Of a stretch of DNA of 64,000 bases, positions 1 to 9,490 are shown in pieces. Both the position numbers and the translations under genes were made by a program. The notes beneath the pieces are model-generated. The model was given only the letters and a program-made list of their open reading frames with translations. It had not been told where the DNA came from and ran no database searches. The stretch is from an uncultured Oscillospiraceae bacterium (lineage in GTDB: Bacteria > Bacillota > Clostridia > Oscillospirales > Ruminococcaceae). Each line of letters starts with the position of its first letter. Position 1 is the stretch's first letter. Location: contig CAKSDC010000006.1 of assembly GCA_934444765.1 (NCBI GenBank), positions 12,760 to 76,759 on the forward strand, given 5' to 3'.

Positions 1-915
1 GCCAGAGTAGATACTGCTATCTATACCGCAGTTTTCTAATACTTTAGGGTGTACCATACCTGCACCGAGTAGTTCAATATAGCCTTCATTCTTACATACT
101 CTGCAACCCTTACCGTGACAGTTAAAGCACATAACGTCTACTTCTGCGGAAGGTTCTGTAAATGGGAAATGGTGAGGTCTTAGTCTAATCTTGCAGTCTT
201 CACCATATAGACGCTTCATTAAAGTTTCAAGAGTACCTTTTAAGTCACCCATAGTAATACCCTTATCTACTACTAAGCCTTCTATTTGGTGGAATAGTGG
301 AGAGTGAGTAGCATCTACAGCGTCGGAACGGTATACTCTACCTGGAGAGATTACTCTAATAGGAGGTTTTTGGTTTTCCATAACGTGTACTTGTACAGAG
401 GAAGTCTGTGTTCTAAGTAGAACGTTATCGCTAATATAGAAAGTATCTTGAGTATCTCTTGCTGGGTGGTCAGGAGGTAAGTTTAAAGCCTCAAAGTTGT
501 AATAGTCGGTTTCTACTTCTGGACCATCGGCTATAGAAAATCCCATACCTAAAAAGATATCTTTAACTTCATTCATAACAGTAGTTAGTGGGTGTAGCTT
601 ACCTACTTCTACTTTAGAACCAGGTAGAGTGATATCTATTTCTTCATCTTTAATCTTCTGTTGCATCTCTAAAGCCTTAAGACTTTCTAACTTTTGAGAT
701 ATAGCACTTTCGATATCCGCTTTAACTCTGTTAGCAAATTGACCTACTTCTTTTCTTTCGTCTGGGGTTAGCTTACCCATTTGATTTAAGATAGCTTTTA
801 GTTCGCCTTTTTTACCAAGGTATTTAATTCTTAAATCGTCTAAACCCTTAATAGAGCTACAGCTTTCTAACTCTTGTTTAGCCACAGCCTCTATATTTTG
901 TAACTGTTCTTTCAA
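1..915 (-). CDS. pheS: phenylalanine--tRNA ligase alpha subunit, first ~305 codons (gene runs off the left window edge)
   Basis: Absent from the ORF track because it is open at the edge. My reverse-strand translation reads LKEQLQNIEAVAKQ...LPPDHPARDTQDTFY...PGRVYRSD...FHQIEGLVVD...RPHHFPFTEPSAEVD...GAGMVHPKVLENCGID. TTG start at 915-913 follows an AAAGGGTGA SD. Confidence 0.93.
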   Translation of the reverse strand, partial: MKEQLQNIEAVAKQELESCSSIKGLDDLRIKYLGKKGELKAILNQMGKLTPDERKEVGQFANRVKADIESAISQKLESLKALEMQQKIKDEEIDITLPGSKVEVGKLHPLTTVMNEVKDIFLGMGFSIADGPEVETDYYNFEALNLPPDHPARDTQDTFYISDNVLLRTQTSSVQVHVMENQKPPIRVISPGRVYRSDAVDATHSPLFHQIEGLVVDKGITMGDLKGTLETLMKRLYGEDCKIRLRPHHFPFTEPSAEVDVMCFNCHGKGCRVCKNEGYIELLGAGMVHPKVLENCGIDSSIYSG

Positions 916-947
916 GTATTATCACCCTTTATTAATATTTTTTATAT

Positions 948-1216
948 TTAAAAAAAGTCTTGTCCCCGATTAAAACAGGACAAGACTTATCTATCTTGAA
1001 TTATTAACCACCCATTTTAAAAGAAGCCAACACTTCCGCACCCTTAACGCAGGATTTACGTTTTAACCTAATAGAAAAACGCCGTTCCGTTCAGTTAAAC
1101 CACTCGTGAGGGAACTTCACTATAAGCATATATAAGGTACTTTCAGCCGTGATACCTCTCTCTAAGATACTAAACTATATAGTTACTTTTCTCAGTCAAT
1201 GTGTTTATATTAGACT
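948..1216 (-). promoter_or_regulatory. T-box leader (candidate Phe/UUC specifier) with terminator upstream of pheS
   Basis: The minus-strand leader carries AGAGAG ... GCTGAAAG ... GAAG-TTC-C (plus-strand gaa 1112-1114) and a GGGTGGT core (plus 1007-1013). A terminator hairpin AAGTCTTGTCC/GGACAAGACTT (955-988) is followed by a U-run. The layout matches the tyrS leader in this window. Confidence 0.7.
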
Positions 1217-1222
1217 GAATAT

Positions 1223-1251
1223 ATTATACAGTAAAAATTTTTGATTGTCAA
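1223..1251 (-). promoter_or_regulatory. sigma-A type promoter of the pheS leader
   Basis: Minus strand: TTGACA (1251-1246), 17-nt spacer, TATAAT (1228-1223). Confidence 0.6.
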
Positions 1252-1325
1252 GCAGTTTTTTAGGCTAAATACCATAATATATCCAACTGTCAAAATATAT
1301 AGAGTATTCTATTTATCAAAATCTC

Positions 1326-1354
1326 TTGAAAAACGATTGTATCTATGTTAGAAT
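1326..1354 (+). promoter_or_regulatory. candidate sigma-A promoter of the DtxR-family gene
   Basis: TTGAAA (1326-1331), 17 nt, TAGAAT (1349-1354). Confidence 0.4.
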
Positions 1355-1412
1355 AGTACTATAGTTAAGTACACACTATATAATAATTAATAGAAAGGAA
1401 CTATTATATAAT

Positions 1413-1784
1413 ATGGCAATATACAAATCGGGAGAAGACTATTTAGAAACTATATTAATACTAAGCAAAAACGGTAACTTTGTACGCTCTATAGACGTTG
1501 CTACAGAAATGGGATTTTCTAAAGCGAGCGTTAGCCGAGCAGTAAACATTCTAAAAAACGAAGGCTTAATTACTATAGAACCAGACGGTCAATTAAAACT
1601 AACCGAAAAAGGCGAAACTAAAGCTAATTCGGTATATAGCAGACACAACCTATTAAAAAAGTTCTTTATAGAATTTCTTGGTGTGGACGAAGACACTGCT
1701 ACTAATGACGCTTGCAAAATAGAACACGTGATAAGCGAACAGACATATCTTAAACTTAAAGAATACGTTAAAAATAACCAATAG
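1413..1784 (+). CDS. DtxR/MntR-family metal-dependent transcriptional repressor (short, 123 aa)
   Basis: N-terminal winged-HTH (EDYLETILIL...VRSIDVATEMGFSKASVSRAVNILKNEGLI) followed by a dimerisation/metal helix region (HNLLKKFF..LGVDE..A..DACKIEH). Confidence 0.8.
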   Translation: MAIYKSGEDYLETILILSKNGNFVRSIDVATEMGFSKASVSRAVNILKNEGLITIEPDGQLKLTEKGETKANSVYSRHNLLKKFFIEFLGVDEDTATNDACKIEHVISEQTYLKLKEYVKNNQ

Positions 1785-1797
1785 GAAGTGATACCCC

Positions 1798-2931
1798 TTG
1801 CCAAATAGCAAGAAAAAACCACGTTCTAAAAATAGCGATAGCTATAATACGCAAGAAATATTCTATATTCCTGCATATACTACCGATAGTAACACCTCAC
1901 ATAGCAAAAGTAATAGTAGTAAAAACTCCAATAGAAGTAACTCTTCACAAAAGAACAGTACACCCTCTAAAAAGATGCAGTCTAAACGCACTAATCCAGT
2001 AGCTAAATTCTTTGGAACTATATTCAAGATACTACTAACTATATATATCATATATAGTATATTAGCTATACTATGTATTAGTAGAGTGGATACCGTTCAG
2101 TTAGATAGAGCTTACAGCAATAGTAATGCAACGTTGAACTCTGCAATGGTTAAAAACGTCTTGTTAATAGGTACAGACGGCAGAACTGCCGAAGACCATG
2201 GGCGTTCCGATAGTATGGTACTGCTATCTATAAACTACAAAAGCAGTACTATTACTATGACTTCTTTTATGCGTGATATGTACGTTAGTATTCCTGAATA
2301 CTATAACGATAAACTTAACGCTTCATATTCGCATGGTGGTGCAAGTCTGCTATTAGATACCATAGAGAATAACTTTAACATAGGTATAGACGACTGCATA
2401 ATAGTAGACTTTTCATCTTTTATTAAAATAGTGGACGCTATAGGTGGCGTAAATATAACCGTATCAGATAGCGAAGCTACCGAAATCAACAACATTCTAA
2501 TTAGCGAAGTAAACTCTATAGCAGGCGATGAACGTAATAGTGACCTACTAACTTCCGGTGGTGAATATCTGCTAAATGGAAAACAGGCACTCTCCTATAG
2601 TCGTATTAGATATGTAGGTAATGCCGACTTTGAACGCACTCAACGTCAAAGAACAGTAATAGACGCTATAATAAAAAGAGTTAAAACTCCTAACCTATTT
2701 AGAGTGTTTAACTTTGCGAATACTACGGCTTCACAGATTACCACTAATATTAACGCTCTTGAAATGTATGGACTATCCTTACAAGTTCCGTGTCTTTTAA
2801 CGTTCGACTTAGTACAACAACGCATTCCAGCAGACGATACATGGTACTATGATGATATAGACGGTCAATCTGTAATAGTGGTCGACTTTGAACAGAATAC
2901 TAAGTATCTATCGGATACTATATATAATTAA
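1798..2931 (+). CDS. LytR-CpsA-Psr (LCP) family cell-envelope phosphotransferase
   Basis: S/N-rich cytoplasmic tail, one TM segment, then LCP motifs LLIGTDGR...RSDSMVLLSIN...SFMRDMYV...KLNASYSHGG...VDFSSFIKIVDAIGGV. TTG start. Confidence 0.85.
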   Translation: MPNSKKKPRSKNSDSYNTQEIFYIPAYTTDSNTSHSKSNSSKNSNRSNSSQKNSTPSKKMQSKRTNPVAKFFGTIFKILLTIYIIYSILAILCISRVDTVQLDRAYSNSNATLNSAMVKNVLLIGTDGRTAEDHGRSDSMVLLSINYKSSTITMTSFMRDMYVSIPEYYNDKLNASYSHGGASLLLDTIENNFNIGIDDCIIVDFSSFIKIVDAIGGVNITVSDSEATEINNILISEVNSIAGDERNSDLLTSGGEYLLNGKQALSYSRIRYVGNADFERTQRQRTVIDAIIKRVKTPNLFRVFNFANTTASQITTNINALEMYGLSLQVPCLLTFDLVQQRIPADDTWYYDDIDGQSVIVVDFEQNTKYLSDTIYN

Positions 2932-2959
2932 TTATACTCTTTGAAAGGAGAATATATCT

Positions 2960-5791
2960 ATGCAAACACAGTACGACATTTCAGGTACTTGGAACTTTAA
3001 GTTAGACGGCGAAAAGTTAGGTCTAAACGATAACGCTTTTAAACGTAACGGCTACTTTAACGATACTATCAAGTTACCTTCTACTACGGCTTGCGAAAAA
3101 AAAGGTTCTATAAATCCTAACAGAGAAACGGGATTTTTAACCGAAGAATATAAATTTTCAGGTTACGCATGGTTCAATAGAGTGGTAACTATAGACCAAG
3201 ACTTAACCGATAAGCACGTTGAACTATTCTTAGAACGTACAAGAAAGACTACCGTTTGGATTAACGGAAATAGACTTGAAACTTTAGATAGTCTTTCCGC
3301 ACCACACGTATATGACGTTACTAAGTACGTTCGCAAAGGTGAAAACGATTTAACTATATTAGTCGATAATACAGACTATCCTACTGCTGGAGGTCACATG
3401 ACCTCTCAAGATACGCAAACTAACTGGAACGGCATCACTGGTAGAATGGAACTTAGAGTATATAACGACTGTCACATAGTAAGTATAAAAACTTATCCTG
3501 ACATACATAGTAAGTCCGTTACTCTAAAGATACTATACTCTAAACCTAATAGTGAAGTAGTCACTATTAAAGGTGTAACTAAGTCTTTACAGGGTGTACA
3601 GAGTACTCTTGAACCTAAGCAGTTCAACATAGTTACAGATAGTCAAAATTCAGCTACTATAACTATCGACTTAGGAACAGATGCCACTCTTTGGAGTGAA
3701 TACAACCCTGTAATATATGAACTCTCTATACTCTCAAAAGACGGTGTAGATACTGTTAGCTTTGGTCTTAGAGAGTTTACCACCGATAGTCATAACTTTT
3801 TAATCAACGGTAAAAAGACGTTGTTACGTGGTAAACATGACGGTATGATATTTCCTATCAAGGCATACGCTCCTACTACCGTTGAAGAGTGGGTAGAAGT
3901 ATTTAAGATATCCAAATCTTACGGTATCAACCACTACAGATTTCACACTTGCTGTCCACCTGATGAAGCGTTCACAGGTGCGGACTTAGTAGGTATCTAC
4001 TTACAACCAGAGATTAACTTTTGGGGAACTCTATGTGGCACGGACGATGAAAACTACAACGCTAAAGAACAGGAATTTTTAATTCAAGAGGGCTTTAGAA
4101 TATTAGAATGTTATGGAAATCATCCATCTTTTGCTATGTTCTCATTAGGTAACGAACTTTGGGGCAGTAAAGAACGCATGAACGAAATATTAGGCAAGTA
4201 TAAAGCTATCGATAGAAGACACTTATACACACAAGGTAGTAATAACTTCCAATGGTATCCATGTATAGTAGAAAACGACGACTTCTTTTCTGGAGTTAGG
4301 TTCAGTAAAGAACGTCAAATTAGAGGTTCTTATGCTATGTGTGACGTTCCATTGGGACACGTTCAAACTATGAAACCTTCAACGAGTATAAACTATGATA
4401 GTAGTATCTTCCCTGAAAAGATGTCATCAACAGAAGGCAACGTAACCGAAGATGGATACATTAAAATTCAATACGGTACAGGCATGAAGTTGATAAAAGC
4501 CGATGAATTGGAACAGGAATTTGTACCTAACGTTCCAGTAGTCTCACACGAAATAGGACAGTACGAAACTTTTCCAGACTTTGACGAAATTCAAAAGTAT
4601 ACAGGCGTACTAAAAGCTCGTAACTTTGAAGTGTTCAAGGAACGCTTAGAAGCTACTGGTATGCTACCATTAGCACATAAGTTCTTTATGGCGAGTGGAA
4701 AGTTAGCCGTAGAGTGTTATAAGTTGGAATTAGAGAGTGCATTCCGTTCTAAGTATATAGCAGGATTTCAGTTATTAGACATTCAAGACTTTACAGGACA
4801 AGGCACGGCATTGGTAGGCGTACTAAACGCATTCATGGAAAATAAAGGAACTGTAACTCCAGAAGAATGGCGTACGTTCTGTTCTGATGCGGTACTACTT
4901 GGAGAGTTTGAAAAGTACACCTATCAAGCAAGTGAGGGATTTAATACTGGACTATTAATCAGCTACTACAGAGATACTCCTTTAACAGAAGACTCTGTAG
5001 AATGGCAACTATTAGACAGTTCCAATAAGACTGTCTACAGTGGAAAAGTCGACCTTCCTAATGACTGCTATGGTTTAGTTAGACTAAACGGAATATCTTT
5101 TAATATGCCTAACGTGGAAGTTCCTACTGAGTTCACACTACAGTTAGATATTCCTAATACCGATATCACTAAACAGTATACTCTTATGGTATATCCTAAA
5201 CTACAAAACACTCCATTAAGCGACACTATTCAAGCTAACGGAAACACTCTAAACGTAACTACAGACTTAACTACTGCTCTTGAAAGACTATCCAATGGTG
5301 AAAGAGTGCTATTCTTACCTAACGAAGTTAAACAGAGTATCAAGGGTTTTTACTGTACAGACTTCTGGTGCTATCCTATGTTTAGAACCATATCCGAAAG
5401 TATGAACAGAGAAGTTCCTGTAGGTACTATGGGACTACTAATAGATAATACTCACCCTGTACTAAAAGAGTTCCCAAGCGAATACTACTCTACCCCACAA
5501 TGGTATAACTTAGTAACACATTCCGAATGTGCGATATTAGACGATACCGCTAAGGACTTCTACCCAATAGTACAGACGATAGATAACTTTGAACGTAATC
5601 ACAAATTAGGTATACTATTTGAAGCCACTGTAGGTGACGGAAGACTATTAGTCTGCACCAGTAGACTATCTGAGATATCCAACGAACCAGAAGTTAAACA
5701 GTATATCAAGAGCATTATAGACTATGCTACTTCTAATGAATTTAATCCTAAACACTCTATAGATACTGCTATTCTCAAAAAGGTGTTCTAA
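2960..5791 (+). CDS. glycoside hydrolase family 2-like protein (family-level call only)
   Basis: 943 aa with no signal peptide. N-terminal sugar-binding-like domain, TIM-barrel region with FSLGNELWG (acid/base NE) and VSHEIGQYE. Confidence 0.65.
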   Translation: MQTQYDISGTWNFKLDGEKLGLNDNAFKRNGYFNDTIKLPSTTACEKKGSINPNRETGFLTEEYKFSGYAWFNRVVTIDQDLTDKHVELFLERTRKTTVWINGNRLETLDSLSAPHVYDVTKYVRKGENDLTILVDNTDYPTAGGHMTSQDTQTNWNGITGRMELRVYNDCHIVSIKTYPDIHSKSVTLKILYSKPNSEVVTIKGVTKSLQGVQSTLEPKQFNIVTDSQNSATITIDLGTDATLWSEYNPVIYELSILSKDGVDTVSFGLREFTTDSHNFLINGKKTLLRGKHDGMIFPIKAYAPTTVEEWVEVFKISKSYGINHYRFHTCCPPDEAFTGADLVGIYLQPEINFWGTLCGTDDENYNAKEQEFLIQEGFRILECYGNHPSFAMFSLGNELWGSKERMNEILGKYKAIDRRHLYTQGSNNFQWYPCIVENDDFFSGVRFSKERQIRGSYAMCDVPLGHVQTMKPSTSINYDSSIFPEKMSSTEGNVTEDGYIKIQYGTGMKLIKADELEQEFVPNVPVVSHEIGQYETFPDFDEIQKYTGVLKARNFEVFKERLEATGMLPLAHKFFMASGKLAVECYKLELESAFRSKYIAGFQLLDIQDFTGQGTALVGVLNAFMENKGTVTPEEWRTFCSDAVLLGEFEKYTYQASEGFNTGLLISYYRDTPLTEDSVEWQLLDSSNKTVYSGKVDLPNDCYGLVRLNGISFNMPNVEVPTEFTLQLDIPNTDITKQYTLMVYPKLQNTPLSDTIQANGNTLNVTTDLTTALERLSNGERVLFLPNEVKQSIKGFYCTDFWCYPMFRTISESMNREVPVGTMGLLIDNTHPVLKEFPSEYYSTPQWYNLVTHSECAILDDTAKDFYPIVQTIDNFERNHKLGILFEATVGDGRLLVCTSRLSEISNEPEVKQYIKSIIDYATSNEFNPKHSIDTAILKKVF

Positions 5792-5792
5792 A

Positions 5793-6776
5793 ATGATACT
5801 AATTAAAAACTTAATAAGTCTATTAAAACAGAAAGACGTAGTGTATATACAACCACATAATTTTCCAGACGCTGACGCTATAGCCTCAGCGTTTGGACTA
5901 CAATACTTTTTAAGTACGTTCGATATCAAGAGCATAATAATATACGCTGGCGTATTGGATAAACTTACTACCGAAAGACTATGTTCTCATCTACACATAG
6001 AAGCGTTTAACTTTAAAGAACACTCTAACATGACCGAAGACGACTATATTATAAATATAGATAGTCAAAGATACAACTCTAATGTGATAGACCTAATAGG
6101 TAACAAGGTAGCGTGTATAGACCATCATACCACTTTTAGAAAGTATAAGTATCGCTACAAGGATATTAGAACAGTAGGTGCTTGTGCCTCTATAATAGCA
6201 AGTTACTACGTAGATACTAATATACCAATCCCTAAAGACGTAGCTACTGCTTTACTGTATGGCATTCAAACCGATACGGCTAACTTTACTCGTGGAGTAA
6301 AAAACTTAGATATAGAGATGTTTTCTAACCTGTACAATATAGCCGATACAGACTATATTTCACAACTAATGAAGACTTCTTTAACGTTGAGCGACTTAAC
6401 GGCATTTGGTACGGCTATCAAGAACGTAGTAATATCTAATGGCATAGGATTTGCTGATATTCCTTTTGACTGCAACGATACTCTAATAGCTAAAATAGCT
6501 GACTTTATACTATCTTTGGACTGTGTAGACTTTGCAGTAGCGTATGCTATTCGTAAAGACGGTATTAAACTATCGGTACGTTCTAAGATACCTAAAGTAT
6601 TAGACGCTGGTAAGATTACCAACTCTACACTACAGGGCATAGGAAGTGGTGGTGGACACTCTTTTATGGCTGGTGGATTTGTCCCTACTGACTGTATTAA
6701 AAGTCTTAACTTAGAAGATATAAAGGCTTCTATAATAGACCGCTTTAGCAACAGTGTAGAAACTCAACTAATATAG
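5793..6776 (+). CDS. DHH-family phosphoesterase (NrnA-like, DHH + DHHA1)
   Basis: HNFPDADAIASA, IDHHT, GGGHSFMAGG. Starts 1 nt after the GH2 stop. Confidence 0.8.
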   Translation: MILIKNLISLLKQKDVVYIQPHNFPDADAIASAFGLQYFLSTFDIKSIIIYAGVLDKLTTERLCSHLHIEAFNFKEHSNMTEDDYIINIDSQRYNSNVIDLIGNKVACIDHHTTFRKYKYRYKDIRTVGACASIIASYYVDTNIPIPKDVATALLYGIQTDTANFTRGVKNLDIEMFSNLYNIADTDYISQLMKTSLTLSDLTAFGTAIKNVVISNGIGFADIPFDCNDTLIAKIADFILSLDCVDFAVAYAIRKDGIKLSVRSKIPKVLDAGKITNSTLQGIGSGGGHSFMAGGFVPTDCIKSLNLEDIKASIIDRFSNSVETQLI

Positions 6777-6780
6777 AGGC

Positions 6781-6809
6781 TTGACAACCATACTATTATA
6801 TGATATTAT
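6781..6809 (+). promoter_or_regulatory. sigma-A promoter of the que operon
   Basis: TTGACA (6781-6786), 17 nt, TATTAT (6804-6809) preceded by TGA (extended -10-like). Confidence 0.6.
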
Positions 6810-6818
6810 AGTAATATT

Positions 6819-6862
6819 GTCGACAGTTCGTTAGTATCCTCCTGTCGCTAAAAACAAAACTC
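6819..6862 (+). ncRNA. preQ1-I riboswitch aptamer candidate
   Basis: CGACAG-UUCGUUAGUAUCCUC-CUGUCG stem-loop (6821-6847) followed by the A-rich tail CUAAAAACAAAAC. The loop UUAG can pair with the tail CUAA. It resembles the AGAGGUUCUAGCUACACCCUCUAUAAAAAACUAA class consensus as I recall it, and it lies upstream of queD. Confidence 0.6.
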
Positions 6863-6930
6863 GGGCTATTAATATTATCAAAAGCATGGGCAGTATTAGT
6901 ATATACTGTCTTAATTAAGATATATAGTAA

Positions 6931-6961
6931 GTTCCGTTAATATTATTAATGGAACTTTTTT
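6931..6961 (+). terminator. intrinsic terminator/attenuator hairpin in the que leader
   Basis: GTTCCGTTAATA/TATTAATGGAAC hairpin followed by TTTTTT, immediately before the queD SD (AATGGAGG). Confidence 0.6.
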
Positions 6962-6978
6962 ATAATGGAGGCTAAAAA

Positions 6979-7401
6979 ATGTACACTCTAAAAACTCAAC
7001 AGAGTTTCGATTCAGCACACTTTTTGCACGGCTACCAAGGAAAGTGTGGAAACATTCATGGGCATAGATGGACTATAGTAGCGGAAATATGTTCTAATAC
7101 GCTATTGCAAGATGTCCAGAACTGCGGTATGGTAGTAGACTTTTCCGACTTCAAAAACGACCTTAAACTTATAGCAGACTATTATGACCATACTCTAATA
7201 TATCAAAAAGACACTCTAAAGCCTAAAACTTTAGAGGCTCTACAAGAAGAAGACTTTAAACTAACAGAAGTTGACTTTAGACCTACTGCCGAAAACTTCT
7301 CTAAGCACATATACGAAGTACTAAGTGGCAAAGGCTATACTGTAAAATCTATAACGGTATACGAAACTCCTAACAACTGTGCAGAATATACTGGAGAATA
7401 A
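6979..7401 (+). CDS. queD: 6-carboxy-5,6,7,8-tetrahydropterin synthase
   Basis: 140 aa with FDSAHFL, HGHRW and YETPNN motifs, in a que gene context. Confidence 0.9.
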   Translation: MYTLKTQQSFDSAHFLHGYQGKCGNIHGHRWTIVAEICSNTLLQDVQNCGMVVDFSDFKNDLKLIADYYDHTLIYQKDTLKPKTLEALQEEDFKLTEVDFRPTAENFSKHIYEVLSGKGYTVKSITVYETPNNCAEYTGE

Positions 7402-7407
7402 GCTATC

Positions 7408-8073
7408 ATGAAAGTAGTAGAAAAGTTTATAAGCATAAACGGAGAAGGCAAACACGCTGGACAACTATCAGTATTTATTAGGTTCGCACACTGTAACTTA
7501 AACTGTTCTTACTGTGACACTTCATGGGCTAACCTACCGAATACTACCTATACAGAAGAAACGCCTAATCAGATAGTAGACTATATTAAGTCTACTAATA
7601 TTACAAGAGTAACTCTAACAGGTGGTGAACCTTTACTACAAAAAGATATGCACACTCTATTAGAACTACTTGCTAAAGAAGACGGCATATCTACCGAAAT
7701 AGAAACTAACGGCGCAGTAGATATTTCCAAGTTTAACGATATACCTAACAGAGCCTCATATACTATGGACTATAAACTTCCGTCAAGCAATATGGAAAAT
7801 AGTATGATACTAAATAACTTTAAGTATCTACAAAAGTCTAAAAATGATGTGGTCAAGTTTGTAGCGGGTTCTATAGAAGACTTAAACACTATGGTTAAAA
7901 TAGTAAAAGAGTACTCTCTATTAGATAAGTGTTACGTATACGTAAGTTGTGTATTTGGTAGTATAGAACCTTCTACAGTAGTAGACTATATGAAAGAACA
8001 CACTCTAAACGGAATATCTTTACAGTTACAACTACACAAGTATATATGGAACCCATTAGAAAGAGGTTGCTAA
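7408..8073 (+). CDS. queE: 7-carboxy-7-deazaguanine synthase (radical SAM)
   Basis: CNLNCSYCDT radical-SAM cluster motif, GGEPLL, 221 aa. Confidence 0.9.
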   Translation: MKVVEKFISINGEGKHAGQLSVFIRFAHCNLNCSYCDTSWANLPNTTYTEETPNQIVDYIKSTNITRVTLTGGEPLLQKDMHTLLELLAKEDGISTEIETNGAVDISKFNDIPNRASYTMDYKLPSSNMENSMILNNFKYLQKSKNDVVKFVAGSIEDLNTMVKIVKEYSLLDKCYVYVSCVFGSIEPSTVVDYMKEHTLNGISLQLQLHKYIWNPLERGC

Positions 8074-8124
8074 CAGTTAGAACAAAATTACAAGGAAAAA
8101 GAATGGTAAAGGGGTTGGCTAAAA

Positions 8125-9294
8125 TTGATAGAGACGATTAAAGTAATGCTTTTACCAAACAACAAGCAACACTCAAAGCTATTTCAAAGTGCAGGAGTAT
8201 CAAGATTTGCGTATAATTGGGCTTTAGGAATAGAGATTGAAAACTATAAAAACGGTGGGAAGTTCATTAATAACTATGGTTTAAGACGTAAATTTACTCT
8301 TTTAAAACAGAAAGCAGAGTATCAATGACTTAATAACTATAGTAATAATATCACAAAACAGGCTATAAAAGACTGTTGTAAGTCTTTTCAAAGTTTCTTT
8401 AAAGGACTTGCAAAATATCCTAAATTTAAGAGTAGACATCATTCAAAACCGAGTTTTTACGTGGATACTGATAAGGTTCAATTTAGTGGTACTCACGTTA
8501 AACTTGAGAAGCTAACTTTAAGCAAAAAAAAGAAAAAACAGAAATTCAATTGGATTAGACTTGCGGAACGTGACAGAATACCTTTGAACTGTAAGTATTC
8601 TAATCCAAGAGTAACTTTTGACGGTCTTAATTGGTGGATTTCAGTAGGTATTGAACGTGGTGAAAATACGCAACAACCTACTAATCAAGGTATTGGGGTA
8701 GACTTAGGTATTAAAAATTTAGCAGTATGTTCTAACGGTGAAGTCTACAGAAATATCAATAAGACTAAAAAAGTCCAAAAGTTAAAAAAGAAAAAGCGTA
8801 GGTTACAACGCAAGATTTCAAGAAAATATCTTAAAAATAAGAAAGGAGAAAGTTATTGCAAAACTTGTAACATTATAAAGAGTGAAAGACGACTTTTAAA
8901 AGTTACTCACACACTAACGAATATCCGCCATAACCATATACATCAAATGACTTCTGAAATCGTGAACCGAAAACCAAAGTTCATAACTATTGAAGATTTG
9001 AACGTTATGGGAATGATGAAGAATAAACATCTATCACAAGCTATACAAGAACAGTGTCTTTATGAAGTTCGTAGACAGTTAGAATATAAATCCAAACGTA
9101 ACAGTATAGTTTTAAGAATAGCTAATAGGTTCTATCCAAGTTCAAAACTATGTTCTTGTTGCGGAAACGTCAAGAAAGACTTAAAACTTAAAGATAGAAT
9201 ATACTATTGTAATAAGTGTAAGAACATAATGGATAGAGACTATAACGCAAGTATTAATCTTAAAGATTGTGAAGACTACACATATATAGCATAA
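8125..9294 (+). pseudogene. tnpB: TnpB / OrfB RNA-guided endonuclease, 389 codons with one in-frame TGA (8326-8328)
   Basis: ORFs 8125-8328 and 8461-9294 share a frame, and I read no other stop between them (...KAEYQ*LNNYSNNITKQAIKDCCKSFQSFFKGLAKYPKFKSR...). RuvC-like D (GIGVDLGIKN, D codon 8701-8703), E (ITIEDLNVMG) and D (MDRDYNASINL) are present, as is the Zn ribbon CSCCGN...CNKCKN. Confidence 0.85.
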
Positions 9295-9440
9295 TAAAAA
9301 TGTTATATATATGTACCCATTCGTTAGTGGGGAATTTAAGCCTTTGGAGTATCATACAAACGTTAGTAGACTTTAGAAATAGAGTTCAAAACGGATACGA
9401 TGAACAAGGAACGAAACCTAAAAGTTGTGAGTTTTATTAT
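9180..9440 (+). ncRNA. candidate omega-RNA (reRNA) / right-end scaffold of the TnpB element (extent uncertain)
   Basis: A 196-nt ORF-free stretch follows tnpB and holds short hairpins (CCCA/TGGG 9316-9331; GTTCA/TGAAC near 9385-9405). The position matches where TnpB guide RNAs are encoded. No covariance evidence is available. Confidence 0.3.
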
Positions 9441-9490
9441 ATTTAAAAGTGTTATAACTTTTTATAAGTTTTCAGTAACGGTGTCTAAGA

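Larger units (their letters stand above)
8075..9470 (+). mobile_element. IS200/IS605-family TnpB-only (IS1341-like) element; boundaries approximate
   Basis: Encodes TnpB but no TnpA. Codon usage (ATT/AAT/GAT/TTG) differs from the flanking genes (ATA/AAC/GAC/CTA). It interrupts queE and folE, which otherwise look like one operon. TTAC at 8088-8091 is a possible left-flank target motif. Confidence 0.7.

Noticed and set aside
1353-1362. 10-bp palindrome ATAGTACTAT overlapping the -10 of the DtxR-family gene as a possible operator
   Set aside because: A 5-pair palindrome is expected dozens of times by chance in 64 kb of this composition. It does not resemble the DtxR/MntR boxes I recall.
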